Below, in pieces: positions 16,841-26,059 of a stretch of DNA of 64,000 bases. The position numbers and the translations under genes were made by a program. A model generated the notes under the pieces. It was given only the letters and a program-made list of their open reading frames with translations, was not told the DNA's origin and made no database searches. The stretch covers positions 148,353 to 212,352 of the IMG/VR virus record IMGVR_UViG_3300038441_001119, one strand, 5' to 3'. Position 1 is the stretch's first letter. Each line of letters begins with the position of its first letter.

Positions 16841-19279
16841 ATGGGTCCCTATAGCAATCAGTTCCTGTCGACTGTCTCCCCCTTCTCGATCATCTCCGAG
16901 ACTGGAGTTGATACCGAGTTCACATCTCGTGGAGAAGTCAAAACGACCTGCCCGTGCTGCGGTTCCGATATGTATGTTCTTAAGAATGACTTCTTGTGTA
17001 CCAACAAGTCATGCTCTTTGAAAGCAGGTAACATTGTAGACTACGTTGCAGCCAGCGAAGGTCACTACAGTTACAAGAAAGCTATTGAGTCCATTAACCT
17101 GATTGTTAATGCGGAGAAACAGATCGGCGACCTCAGACAGGTTGAAGAAGATTTGAAGTTGGGTAGGCAGGTGTTTTCGTTCTTCAGAAACACTGCCCAA
17201 CTCTACGCAAAGAACCGCACACAGCAACGCGTGTTGTCTGAGGCTTGGCTGCGTAAACTAGGACACAACGTTGAGGATGTCGCCAACACAGCTGTTCTGT
17301 GGACGTCTAAGGAGATTGCGGAGTTCAATAAGATCCTGCTTAAGATGCAGATCACCCCTATCACTCCTCCCTCCGCTGGCTACCTGCTCGCCATTCCTTA
17401 TTTCAGTTCGTACAGTATGATTGGAGCGGTTCTGATCGTTAAGCCCAATACGAACAATCCGCAGCTGATACGCTTCAGCGGTGAGAAATTCCTTTGGTCC
17501 GGTCTGATGGATGCTGTCAGACCCGTCTACGATTATCGGGTTACTCAGAATTTTGCATTGAACATGCGCATTCTCGGTCACTCAAAGTTTAACACTCCGG
17601 GATTTCCGGTACTTGGTTTGTTATACAATGGCAAAGGTTCTTCGAGTGGTTTTGTTCCTCCTCATCCTGTTTACCTTCATTATCCTGACTTGGAGCCTAA
17701 CATGGCTGCTGTCTCTGCTCTTGCAGATGCTGCCAAGGAAATGGTGATCCAACCATACTTGAAGCCTATTGCACAGGAGCATCAGAAGACGTGGAGCAGT
17801 TACATTGTCGACTTCTTGGCGGATCGTATAAGTCCCGGGACTTTGAGCGAGCAGATGCTCCATTTCATCGACTCCTGCAGGCTTACTCTGACTCAGCGGC
17901 ACAGCCTTGTACGTAAGATTCAGTACACCGGCAAGTTCGTCACTGGAGAGCAGCTCAAGAAGCACTTCGATACGCACATCATTCTGGTCAATGACAAGCA
18001 TCAGATTAGAAGCTCGCCGGAAGGTTACTTTGCACAGGAAATTAAGAACGGACTGCGCACTGACATCGCCAATTTCACTCTTGAGGTCAAAAGGAACGTA
18101 ATTTTCCCCTCCAAGAAGGAAATTTTGACCGAATGTATCGCTACGTTCGGTTCTACGAGTGCAAAAGTGTCAATTCCGACCAATTCCCTCGATAATAACG
18201 GAAAAGTGGAGGATGCAGTGCGTATGGCGTGGATTTCCACCGCTGGAGAGTCAGAAACGGCCCTTCCTATCATCAAAGACAAGAATTTGTTCAGAAAGTA
18301 CATTTCGCCGCACCTCAAGGAAGAAGCAAGCCGTGTACCGTCTCTGGAGGGTATCTCGATGCTCGGCTGGAGCCATGATAAGTCCAAATTCCAAGGTCCG
18401 GGCTGGATTTTCACTAAAGATGGCTATAAAGCCACAAATTCCACCTTACACAGTGAAATTCCCTTCCTTGAGTGCTTCAGCGTACGAAATATGCTGTCTT
18501 CCATCCTCGTTAAGGAGCTTCCTATCGAGGTACGGGATTGTATTGCCATTTTGGTAGCCAATATGGTCCGTGGCTCTCTTTCTCTGAAGAACCACACTGT
18601 TGCATACGATTCTACGCCTGAGTCTAGGAGCCTTCTCTCTGCCGTTTTCTCTGCTTTGGGACAGGAAACCCCTTTCCAGCTCCCACAGAGCAAGATCGCA
18701 GACATCGAGGGGTGTCGGGACTTCCCCTTCTACGCCGGTGAGTCTCGTTTCAGCACTTCTAGGCTGTTCATGCCTATGTTCTACCTTGATAAGGATGGAC
18801 GTGAGGAAGGTATCTATCTGGATGACAAGGAAGTCGCTGCTATCCGCAATACGGTAAGCTACATCGTTCATCAGGTGCTCGATTGGATCTTCTCTGAAGA
18901 ACACAAGAGCTTTGAGCCTATTCACAGTCTGTATACTGGAAATTCCCTTAAACTAGAGGGAGCCAACATCATTAAGCAGGCTTGTGGCTTTAATTGGGAG
19001 GTTTCCGAGGGCCGGTGGCAGGAAATGGACAAATTCCTCGCTTCAATCGACAAGGATAACCTTGGGAAGGTGTTCGCTCTCGATATTTCCACCCAGAATG
19101 TCGTTATCAACAGAAATGCCGCTAAAATCAGTGATGCAGCTATCACGGAGCTTAGCGGCTTGGTAACTGTTGACGAGGTTAATGACCGATGCTTGAAAGT
19201 AAGCATGGTGGGGATGGCAGACGTACTGCAGACCTACTATCAGGTAGGTACGATCAACTATGGTCGTTGGACCGATTAA
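16841..19279 (+). CDS. Zn-ribbon primase-like replication protein (812 aa)
   Basis: N-terminal CPCCGS-x-CTNKSC Zn ribbon; C-terminal GWSHDKSKF segment reminiscent of DUF927-type primase-helicase regions; no clear Walker A. Confidence 0.5.
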   Translation: MGPYSNQFLSTVSPFSIISETGVDTEFTSRGEVKTTCPCCGSDMYVLKNDFLCTNKSCSLKAGNIVDYVAASEGHYSYKKAIESINLIVNAEKQIGDLRQVEEDLKLGRQVFSFFRNTAQLYAKNRTQQRVLSEAWLRKLGHNVEDVANTAVLWTSKEIAEFNKILLKMQITPITPPSAGYLLAIPYFSSYSMIGAVLIVKPNTNNPQLIRFSGEKFLWSGLMDAVRPVYDYRVTQNFALNMRILGHSKFNTPGFPVLGLLYNGKGSSSGFVPPHPVYLHYPDLEPNMAAVSALADAAKEMVIQPYLKPIAQEHQKTWSSYIVDFLADRISPGTLSEQMLHFIDSCRLTLTQRHSLVRKIQYTGKFVTGEQLKKHFDTHIILVNDKHQIRSSPEGYFAQEIKNGLRTDIANFTLEVKRNVIFPSKKEILTECIATFGSTSAKVSIPTNSLDNNGKVEDAVRMAWISTAGESETALPIIKDKNLFRKYISPHLKEEASRVPSLEGISMLGWSHDKSKFQGPGWIFTKDGYKATNSTLHSEIPFLECFSVRNMLSSILVKELPIEVRDCIAILVANMVRGSLSLKNHTVAYDSTPESRSLLSAVFSALGQETPFQLPQSKIADIEGCRDFPFYAGESRFSTSRLFMPMFYLDKDGREEGIYLDDKEVAAIRNTVSYIVHQVLDWIFSEEHKSFEPIHSLYTGNSLKLEGANIIKQACGFNWEVSEGRWQEMDKFLASIDKDNLGKVFALDISTQNVVINRNAAKISDAAITELSGLVTVDEVNDRCLKVSMVGMADVLQTYYQVGTINYGRWTD

Positions 19280-19977
19280 GGATCGTAATGGTAAGGACCA
19301 ACTTCAGGATCAACCCCCAGAATAACAAGCGGGGTTGACTTGGTCCAAACTACCCACTCCAGACGGTAAGTACCTTCCTCTGGAACAGCCGGGTCAAAGT
19401 CCACATGGAACGAAACGTCCGTGACCTGTTTGACGATAGTGCTGATTGGCTGTGAAAGGCCCTCTTTGGTGACATTGACCAGAACAAGACCGGGCGTAGT
19501 GGAGAACTGCCGTGGGAATTGTACCATCGTTGTCTCTACTCCTGCGTCAAGAGTGACATTACCACGAATAACGAACACGTAGTTGTTCGCCAGTGGAAGC
19601 CTGAAGGACGAGTTTGCTCCCTTATTGAAGGGGTTGTCCTTATGTTGGATGTAAAACGTCTTCAGCACGCCGTTACCGAGCACGTCAAGCCTGCTGGTAC
19701 CTACTGGAAGGAACTCGTCTTCACTATCCAGAACAAAGTAATACGAGGTCTTGCCGTCTTCTCCTTCTTCGGGAAATATATAGGCGCCTCCATTGTCCAT
19801 AAGAAGGACCTTGTTGTCAGGAGTGGTTACCGAAGCTTGGAAAAGGATTTCTTCTTCCGAGTCAGCCTCCCATACCTTCACAACAACAGACCCGTCCGGG
19901 TTTGCGAAGATTTGCGCTTCAGAAAGCGGGGACTTCGTGGGGAAAAGCCCGGGGATGGAGAAGGGAGCAACGTTCAT
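19276..19977 (-). CDS. virion protein with C-terminal beta-sandwich (tail collar/H-lectin-like)
   Basis: VTLDAGVETTMVQFPRQFSTTPGLVLVNV pattern; last gene of the baseplate operon. Confidence 0.45.
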   Translation of the reverse strand: MNVAPFSIPGLFPTKSPLSEAQIFANPDGSVVVKVWEADSEEEILFQASVTTPDNKVLLMDNGGAYIFPEEGEDGKTSYYFVLDSEDEFLPVGTSRLDVLGNGVLKTFYIQHKDNPFNKGANSSFRLPLANNYVFVIRGNVTLDAGVETTMVQFPRQFSTTPGLVLVNVTKEGLSQPISTIVKQVTDVSFHVDFDPAVPEEGTYRLEWVVWTKSTPLVILGVDPEVGPYHYDP

Positions 19978-20384
19978 TACGGATCAATGTTGACGGTTAA
20001 AGAATCTTCCAATTCCGCCGCCAAACGATGAGACCGTACGAGAGCCGTAGTGTCTTGCACAATGATGTTCCAAGCGTCTTCCAATTCTTCAGGATTTGTA
20101 AAGAATGCTTCAAACACCGCTAGGCGGTAGAAGGGGTTTAAATCCTCAGGATCATCAGATGGCTCATCTTCTGGTATATCCTGCATTTGTTTGATCGACG
20201 CGACGCAGGTGAAGATATCTCCCGGATATGAACCGGAGAAATCATCCGAGTATGCGTGATATACAAAGATCTTCGAGGTCAGCCCTTCTTCCGAAGATTC
20301 GGCAGTAACTTTCAGGTACCAGACGTGATCAGGATTGATCTCTTCTGGGTCGAGTGCTTCTCTGGTTAGTGCAATACCTGCCAT
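19977..20384 (-). CDS. baseplate-region hypothetical protein (135 aa)
   Basis: TAATG-coupled within the baseplate operon. Confidence 0.55.
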   Translation of the reverse strand: MAGIALTREALDPEEINPDHVWYLKVTAESSEEGLTSKIFVYHAYSDDFSGSYPGDIFTCVASIKQMQDIPEDEPSDDPEDLNPFYRLAVFEAFFTNPEELEDAWNIIVQDTTALVRSHRLAAELEDSLTVNIDP

Positions 20385-21745
20385 TAGTTAATAATGGTTA
20401 CTACGTTTATCGGGCGGTTGTTCTCTATGAAATTGAGAATGGATGCGTAGCTGTCAGGGTACAACGCATCTTGGTTGATTGTAACAACTAGTCCGTTCCA
20501 TTTAAAGAAGTTTTCCATGAAGAAGTCCAAGCCATTCACATAGATGGAATCGCCGGGAGAAAGTGAGTGCTCGTCGATGAGGGTCTGCGACAAGTTATAG
20601 TCCGCTTGGTTCTCATAATACCATCTGACTTCGTTCCAAGCATCGACCTGCTCCTTCGTACCGGACAGGTAGAAGTATAGCTGGTCAGTTTCATTGGCCT
20701 GCAGTCGAATAGTGGCGTTTGGTACTTCTACTTCAAGGAAGCCGAACATACCTTTCAGGGCTGCTCCGGGCTTCCACTGAACTCCCTGCCACCATCTGTC
20801 CCCATGGGTGGACCAAGATCTACATTCAATTGCCTTACCGGGGATGAAACCTTTGGGATATGTCTTACCCACTTCCAACCGCTGGTGGAACTGGGGAACA
20901 ACCATACGACCAAGATCATCGTTATAGAGGGTGAAGTCCTGATACAGGTCATAACCTGAAATAGGACTGAAGTCTCTGTCGAACACCGTCAGCCCGCCAA
21001 GCTCATTGAGAGCAGCTTCAAAGACAGGGAGAGATTGTTTACCACGGATGTATCTGGAAGTCCACAAGCCTGTACCCGGAGTGGGGTCTACAGACTGAAC
21101 GTAGGAACTAGGATTGAGGTTAACAACGTCAGCCCGAAGAATCCTCATGTATCCCGAGGGGAACAGTATGTTTGGGTCTTCTTTGAAGAAGAGAAGGTTG
21201 CCTGCGTTGTGGAAATCAATACCACTGACAAGAGGTCCATCATCAGAAAGGATCGCTGAAGGGTTTATCTCAGTAGTAACCAGATCAACGTAGAATACCG
21301 GTTCGCGAGGTATAAACTCATACCAAGCAGTGTGTCCAAACCCCTCCGAAATAGGGAAGAGAAGGAACCTGTTGTCTTCATATAGGATGTTAAGTTGTCC
21401 ATCCTCGATATAGGTGACTCTGGAGGTCTGTGAGAGAGGATCAACGATATGCTTCGGAAGGATACCCACCCGTGAACCGTTCTCCAAACCATGCGCGTCC
21501 CAGTCAACTTCAAGCGAACCGATCTGACCTGCTATATCCAAGGTAAAGTTCGTCCTTACCCGCATGAAATCCTTGTTACCGTAGATTGCCTGTGGATAGT
21601 CAGGAAAATTCCAAGCAGGAGTCATGTCCGTCAGCCTTGCGATGCCACGGATTAGATTAAGGTCCTTCTTTTCTCTTAACTGAGACGACCAGAAGGAGCC
21701 AGCCTTTGACAGCTGGTCTACCTTTGTTTCGGTAATAGGGTTCAC
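20384..21745 (-). CDS. baseplate wedge subunit
   Basis: Position immediately downstream of the baseplate J-like gene; 453 aa. Confidence 0.55.
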   Translation of the reverse strand: MNPITETKVDQLSKAGSFWSSQLREKKDLNLIRGIARLTDMTPAWNFPDYPQAIYGNKDFMRVRTNFTLDIAGQIGSLEVDWDAHGLENGSRVGILPKHIVDPLSQTSRVTYIEDGQLNILYEDNRFLLFPISEGFGHTAWYEFIPREPVFYVDLVTTEINPSAILSDDGPLVSGIDFHNAGNLLFFKEDPNILFPSGYMRILRADVVNLNPSSYVQSVDPTPGTGLWTSRYIRGKQSLPVFEAALNELGGLTVFDRDFSPISGYDLYQDFTLYNDDLGRMVVPQFHQRLEVGKTYPKGFIPGKAIECRSWSTHGDRWWQGVQWKPGAALKGMFGFLEVEVPNATIRLQANETDQLYFYLSGTKEQVDAWNEVRWYYENQADYNLSQTLIDEHSLSPGDSIYVNGLDFFMENFFKWNGLVVTINQDALYPDSYASILNFIENNRPINVVTIIN

Positions 21746-23445
21746 TGTTCGCTGAACTTGATGTTAGCAGGGTCGAGGATGAAAGCTGCGTTGCGAGGCC
21801 CGTAGGCGTATCTAAGGTTCTCCTCGAAGTCAGGATTGTTGTCCTTGAATGGGCTGAGGAAGTAGGTTGACGATGCGATGAACGGAGCATCGACCAGAAC
21901 ACTCAGGTCATCCAGATCATCAGGCTCTCCAATGGAACCTTCAAGAACATAATAGTCTGCAGGCGCCACGCAGGCATTGGCACTAGACTGAATGGAAGTC
22001 ACGGTAGTCGCGCCAGAGTAGAACATGGAATCGATCACCTTGGAGTCGCTATAGGACTCTGTAGGAGAGAACCTAGCAAACAATTCACCAATCTCAGTCA
22101 CAGCCTTGGACTTGTTGAAGATAGTTCCTTTCTTACGGGTGTACCCAATCAGGAGCTGGGTGAAAATAAGCGGATCTGGGAGTCTCACATTGATGGAAAC
22201 ACCCATTGGACGGTTATCATCCGACATGATGAAGTCTTTGACGCCTTCATACACAGGATCGCTCATGTAGGACACCTCAAAGTACTGATAGCCTTCCCCG
22301 TCATCGGTGAAAGCAGGTGGGACGAGCGGATTGTTGGTCAGAGCATCCCGTGGCATCGGCACCTTGATCCAGTACTCCATATTGTCACTGAACGCGGCAG
22401 ACAGCATCGGGAACTCCGTGCTGGTGGAGCGGCAGTATGACGAGAAGGTGAGAGGGGAATCAGGGTTACCTGTGTATTCCACCTGAGTGAACTTCAGAGG
22501 AACGTGCGCAGGACTGAACGCAGCCATGTAAACGTCATCAGCTTCGAAGTAAACCAAACGAACAACCTCTTTGAAGACCGACCCGTACAGCGAAGAGCGG
22601 ACGTAGATGTCAGCTGTCGGAGGATTGATACCGAAGATGTTCTCAACCCCGCGCATCATTTCGTAGTCACCTGCGAGAACAGGACTGACATATTCAACAT
22701 CGGGGAACTCACGACTGACAGCCCGAACAACTCCTGCCCGAGTGTTGAGGGAGATGGCATGGAAAGCAGTCGTTGCCTTCTTTGCTTTGTTCACCAAACC
22801 AACCGAAGAAGGCGGCAGATAAAAGTCAGCAATAGCAGTAACGGACACAAGGTTGGGCACATCGTCCGACGTAGCGAACGTAGATCCTTTCGGAACTGCG
22901 ATGACCGCAGAACCGTAAACAGGGATATCCACAAAGTACCGTGTGATGGAGGTCTGTCTGAGAATGAAGCTGTTCGTGTTGGGTTCAGCAACGTTGTTAA
23001 CAGGAAGAATCTTGATCGGACCGGTATTATAGACACGAACAGCGAACTCTTCGTCACTTGGAGAAATAAACGTCATACCCTTGTCGAGTTCGATGTCTAC
23101 CTCAGCATCGAACACCAGTCGGAGGTACCCGGATGCTACGTTTGCTTCGACGTCGTCTGGTACAAAGTTACGGAGGTACTGTGCGACGAACGGGCAGTTG
23201 TATATGGTTCCAGCTGCGACGTTCTCCAGAGCAAAGTCCGACAGTACATTCTCCAGTCCTTGTTCAATGGAAGCCAGCATAGCTGCACTAGGCTGGACCA
23301 TGAGGTCGCCGAAGACAGAGCCGGGACGTGTATCCAGTGTTGGATCTTGTTTGGCAAGCCATGCCGCCACGCGTGCACGCATCGAAACCAGACGGTCAAG
23401 TTGCACGTCCGATGGTTCCGGGAAGTAGGTGTCAATAATATCCAT
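21742..23445 (-). CDS. baseplate J-like wedge protein
   Basis: PTLDTRPGSVFGDLMV, ASGYLRLVF, KGSTFAT, typical baseplate-J N-terminal motifs. Confidence 0.8.
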   Translation of the reverse strand: MDIIDTYFPEPSDVQLDRLVSMRARVAAWLAKQDPTLDTRPGSVFGDLMVQPSAAMLASIEQGLENVLSDFALENVAAGTIYNCPFVAQYLRNFVPDDVEANVASGYLRLVFDAEVDIELDKGMTFISPSDEEFAVRVYNTGPIKILPVNNVAEPNTNSFILRQTSITRYFVDIPVYGSAVIAVPKGSTFATSDDVPNLVSVTAIADFYLPPSSVGLVNKAKKATTAFHAISLNTRAGVVRAVSREFPDVEYVSPVLAGDYEMMRGVENIFGINPPTADIYVRSSLYGSVFKEVVRLVYFEADDVYMAAFSPAHVPLKFTQVEYTGNPDSPLTFSSYCRSTSTEFPMLSAAFSDNMEYWIKVPMPRDALTNNPLVPPAFTDDGEGYQYFEVSYMSDPVYEGVKDFIMSDDNRPMGVSINVRLPDPLIFTQLLIGYTRKKGTIFNKSKAVTEIGELFARFSPTESYSDSKVIDSMFYSGATTVTSIQSSANACVAPADYYVLEGSIGEPDDLDDLSVLVDAPFIASSTYFLSPFKDNNPDFEENLRYAYGPRNAAFILDPANIKFSEQ

Positions 23446-23843
23446 TACACTACAATTTCAGTGAGAATCTCGTCGCTATTACCAAAGCCAAGAGTGACAC
23501 CCATTCTAAGGGAGTCAATACTTACAGGTGTTACCTTAAAAGACACTGTGTTCAAAGCAGTATCTTCCGTTGATTTCACCCTATTATAATGGGTTTTGAT
23601 ATCCAATGCAGCAAAGTTAGCTTTATGTTGAGCCGCATTAACAGAAACAAACCCGGATTGCGCGAAGAACTTGAGCAGGTTAGTACCTCTGATAGCGTCG
23701 AACTCATCAGTCCCTTGTTGGGTTCCAATGTTAACCCCAATGTTCTGCACAGTACATTTGTCTCCAAGTGTACTTGTATTTGGACTCAGCGTAGGCCCTG
23801 TGTCCTTTGAGAAGTCAATTGCTAGTCCACGCCAGTTACTCAT
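23445..23843 (-). CDS. gp25/GPW-like baseplate protein
   Basis: 132 aa directly upstream of baseplate J; TQQGTDEFDAIRGTNL resembles the gp25-family core. Confidence 0.6.
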   Translation of the reverse strand: MSNWRGLAIDFSKDTGPTLSPNTSTLGDKCTVQNIGVNIGTQQGTDEFDAIRGTNLLKFFAQSGFVSVNAAQHKANFAALDIKTHYNRVKSTEDTALNTVSFKVTPVSIDSLRMGVTLGFGNSDEILTEIVV

Positions 23844-24190
23844 AGTCCAACGTCTGCTGCCAGTTTACCGCCTCCGTAGTTCTCTTGGTACAGATTGTCC
23901 AAGCCGACCTGTTCAACCCATCCACGACCTCTGTAGGCGTACTGGGCATCGCGAAAGAGGGATGCCATGAAGAGCCACTTCTGACGCTTGCGCAAGTCCT
24001 TTGGACTGGCTTTGAATGCCTCAGCTGCCGACTCAAGCTCACCTTTGATCTCCTCGAAGTCTAGGCTCTCGAACAGCTCGCTGAAAGACAGCACAGAAGT
24101 GCCTTTGATGTAGTCATCAATAGCCTTGGCGCCTTCCCCTGTGCGGGTCTTGGTGTCGAAGTGTTGTCTGAATTTAGCTGCGTTAGGCAC
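23840..24190 (-). CDS. hypothetical protein (116 aa)
   Basis: ORF overlapping both the sigma and gp25-like genes. Confidence 0.6.
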   Translation of the reverse strand: MPNAAKFRQHFDTKTRTGEGAKAIDDYIKGTSVLSFSELFESLDFEEIKGELESAAEAFKASPKDLRKRQKWLFMASLFRDAQYAYRGRGWVEQVGLDNLYQENYGGGKLAADVGL

Positions 24191-24959
24191 CGTGAGATTG
24201 GTTTAGAAGTGAGTGAACACGCTCAAGCTGCGTACCGAGACGTTTACTGCGTTTGCTGATAACGTCAGGACGGGTGTTCAGTTTTGCGGCGAGTTCCGAT
24301 GTGGAAAGGATAGGAGAACCGCCGTAACCGGTACGATGTTCTAGGATCTTCTTGTTGATGTAGTCCGAGTCGTCGTAGATGTAGGCGACTGCTTCGTGCA
24401 TGAAATCCACTTCGCTGTTGGAAGTAGCGTCATCTGAAATAGCACCGGAACCGGGAACCTTGAAGAACTGCTCGCGGACCTTAGCGATACGTTTGACAGG
24501 CATCTTCGCTTTGTCAGCCAGTTCGTGTACGTCAGGGTCACGTCCGTACTCCTCAACGAAGTCCTTGGTAACTTTGTCCAGATGATATGCGTCGATCTGG
24601 ATACGCTCCGGAACTTTGATAGGAGAGTTCGAGGTACGGCGGGCACGGCGAAGCTGCATCAGCTGATTGGTCACCCACGTATGAATCTGGGCACCGTGCG
24701 ATGGGTCAAACTTCTTAACTGCCTTAGCTGCATAGAGTCGTGCCTGATTTCTGAGAAGCGGATTATCGGCTTCACCGATGCCAACCAGAGTCTTGTTAAT
24801 GACAGGCTCAAGACTTTTAACCACCATGCCAAGATTGTCAGGCGTGGGGTCATTGCTATATGCATTAAAGTAGTCCAAGGGTCCCATCTTCGGCTTCAAT
24901 GCCGGGGTAGACGGGGCTTGGACTACTTCTTCTTGATGATCTTCAGCAGGCAGCTCCAC
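24183..24959 (-). CDS. sigma-70 family RNA polymerase sigma factor
   Basis: Region 2 AVKKFDPSHGAQIHTWVTNQL, region 3 PIKVPERI...YGRDPDVHELADKAKMPVKRI, region 4 HTH STSELAAKLNTRPDVISKR; GTG start. Confidence 0.85.
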   Translation of the reverse strand: MELPAEDHQEEVVQAPSTPALKPKMGPLDYFNAYSNDPTPDNLGMVVKSLEPVINKTLVGIGEADNPLLRNQARLYAAKAVKKFDPSHGAQIHTWVTNQLMQLRRARRTSNSPIKVPERIQIDAYHLDKVTKDFVEEYGRDPDVHELADKAKMPVKRIAKVREQFFKVPGSGAISDDATSNSEVDFMHEAVAYIYDDSDYINKKILEHRTGYGGSPILSTSELAAKLNTRPDVISKRSKRLGTQLERVHSLLNQSHGA

Positions 24960-24966
24960 GACTTGT

Positions 24967-24994
24967 ATTGTATCGTTTTACTACCCTATTACAA
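24967..24994 (-). promoter_or_regulatory. sigma70-like promoter, probably leaderless
   Basis: TTGTAA-N16-TACAAT, 7 nt before the GTG start. Confidence 0.5.
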
Positions 24995-25171
24995 CTACTT
25001 TGATCTGAAGGATGCGTCTCTCTTACGAGCAATATCCAGATACTTTTCGATGATCGCTCCCTCGTTGCAACTTTTCTTACAAGTACGGGAGTTGGCTGTA
25101 CGTATGATCTCTATCCTCGCTCTCATTACAAGATCGGGATATTTGGCAAGCACTGGAGGGAAATGCGGCAT
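24995..25171 (-). CDS. 58-aa micro-protein with C-x3-C-x3-AI-x2-KY module
   Basis: Hand-translated: MPHFPPVLAKYPDLVMRARIEIIRTANSRTCKKSCNEGAIIEKYLDIARKRDASFRSK; matches the C-terminus of the upstream gene. Confidence 0.6.
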   Translation of the reverse strand: MPHFPPVLAKYPDLVMRARIEIIRTANSRTCKKSCNEGAIIEKYLDIARKRDASFRSK

Positions 25172-25175
25172 GGGG

Positions 25176-26054
25176 TTAAATGTAGAGAGCCTTAACTTGA
25201 TCGTAGTATTTAGTACGAATAGCGTTCAGCTCACACTGTGTACATTGTCGCTTATTCTTACTCTTTGTAGCAGCTAATTCTTCGTTGTACTGTTCTTTTA
25301 CACGCTTTTCCTCTGGGTTAGTGGGAACGTATGTATCGGAGAAGAAGGCGAACACTTTCTTCCTATATTTATCACTTTTCAGAAGTCGCATTGGACGGTG
25401 GTCGGCAACTTCCCAGATACCTCCATTACGCTCCTTGGTACGAAATCCCGGAAGATCGGCGTACTTAGGTTCACTGACCAATTCGTAACCATCGTCATCC
25501 ACAATAGGTTTGAATGGATCCTTGTACTCTCCCACCAAATCAATGTACTCACCATGTGGATCTGGTGATTGGTTTTCCGGAGATATCATCCCTACCACAT
25601 CGTGTATAACCTTCTGATGTGCTCTATTGATACGCTCCAGTTCTTCTTCTGAAACTTTATATTCATCCTCTACAGTTGCTTCTATAGCGACAGGTGGTGC
25701 GGCTTGTTTGTATCTGATCAGCTCCGTGATCCCCAAGGCGGAAAACCATATAGGGAAGAGCAAGGAAAAGTTACCTGTAGTAGTACTGAGAGCAACACTG
25801 GAGATTGCACCTGTCCAAAAAGACACGCAGAGAGGACATTGGAACAGCTTGTATAGCATGTACGGAAAGTTATCCGATGCGTAGAAGTCCCAGTCTTCTT
25901 TGGTGTATAGTTTGTTTGTCCCTTTCAGCTTCTTGAAAAAGGTTGTCCAAGTGGCCAGAGCAGGAGTGTTAAACAGTACGTTCTCCATGTAATGAATAAA
26001 CATCACAGAAGAGAAAGTACAAACAACGTAGGCGAGTAGGTGGTGTAGTGTCAT
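25176..26054 (-). CDS. membrane protein (DUF1360-like) with C-terminal CxxC module
   Basis: Hydrophobic helices around LFQCPLCVSFW; C-terminal CTQCELNAIRTKY. Confidence 0.6.
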   Translation of the reverse strand: MTLHHLLAYVVCTFSSVMFIHYMENVLFNTPALATWTTFFKKLKGTNKLYTKEDWDFYASDNFPYMLYKLFQCPLCVSFWTGAISSVALSTTTGNFSLLFPIWFSALGITELIRYKQAAPPVAIEATVEDEYKVSEEELERINRAHQKVIHDVVGMISPENQSPDPHGEYIDLVGEYKDPFKPIVDDDGYELVSEPKYADLPGFRTKERNGGIWEVADHRPMRLLKSDKYRKKVFAFFSDTYVPTNPEEKRVKEQYNEELAATKSKNKRQCTQCELNAIRTKYYDQVKALYI

Positions 26055-26059
26055 AATTA

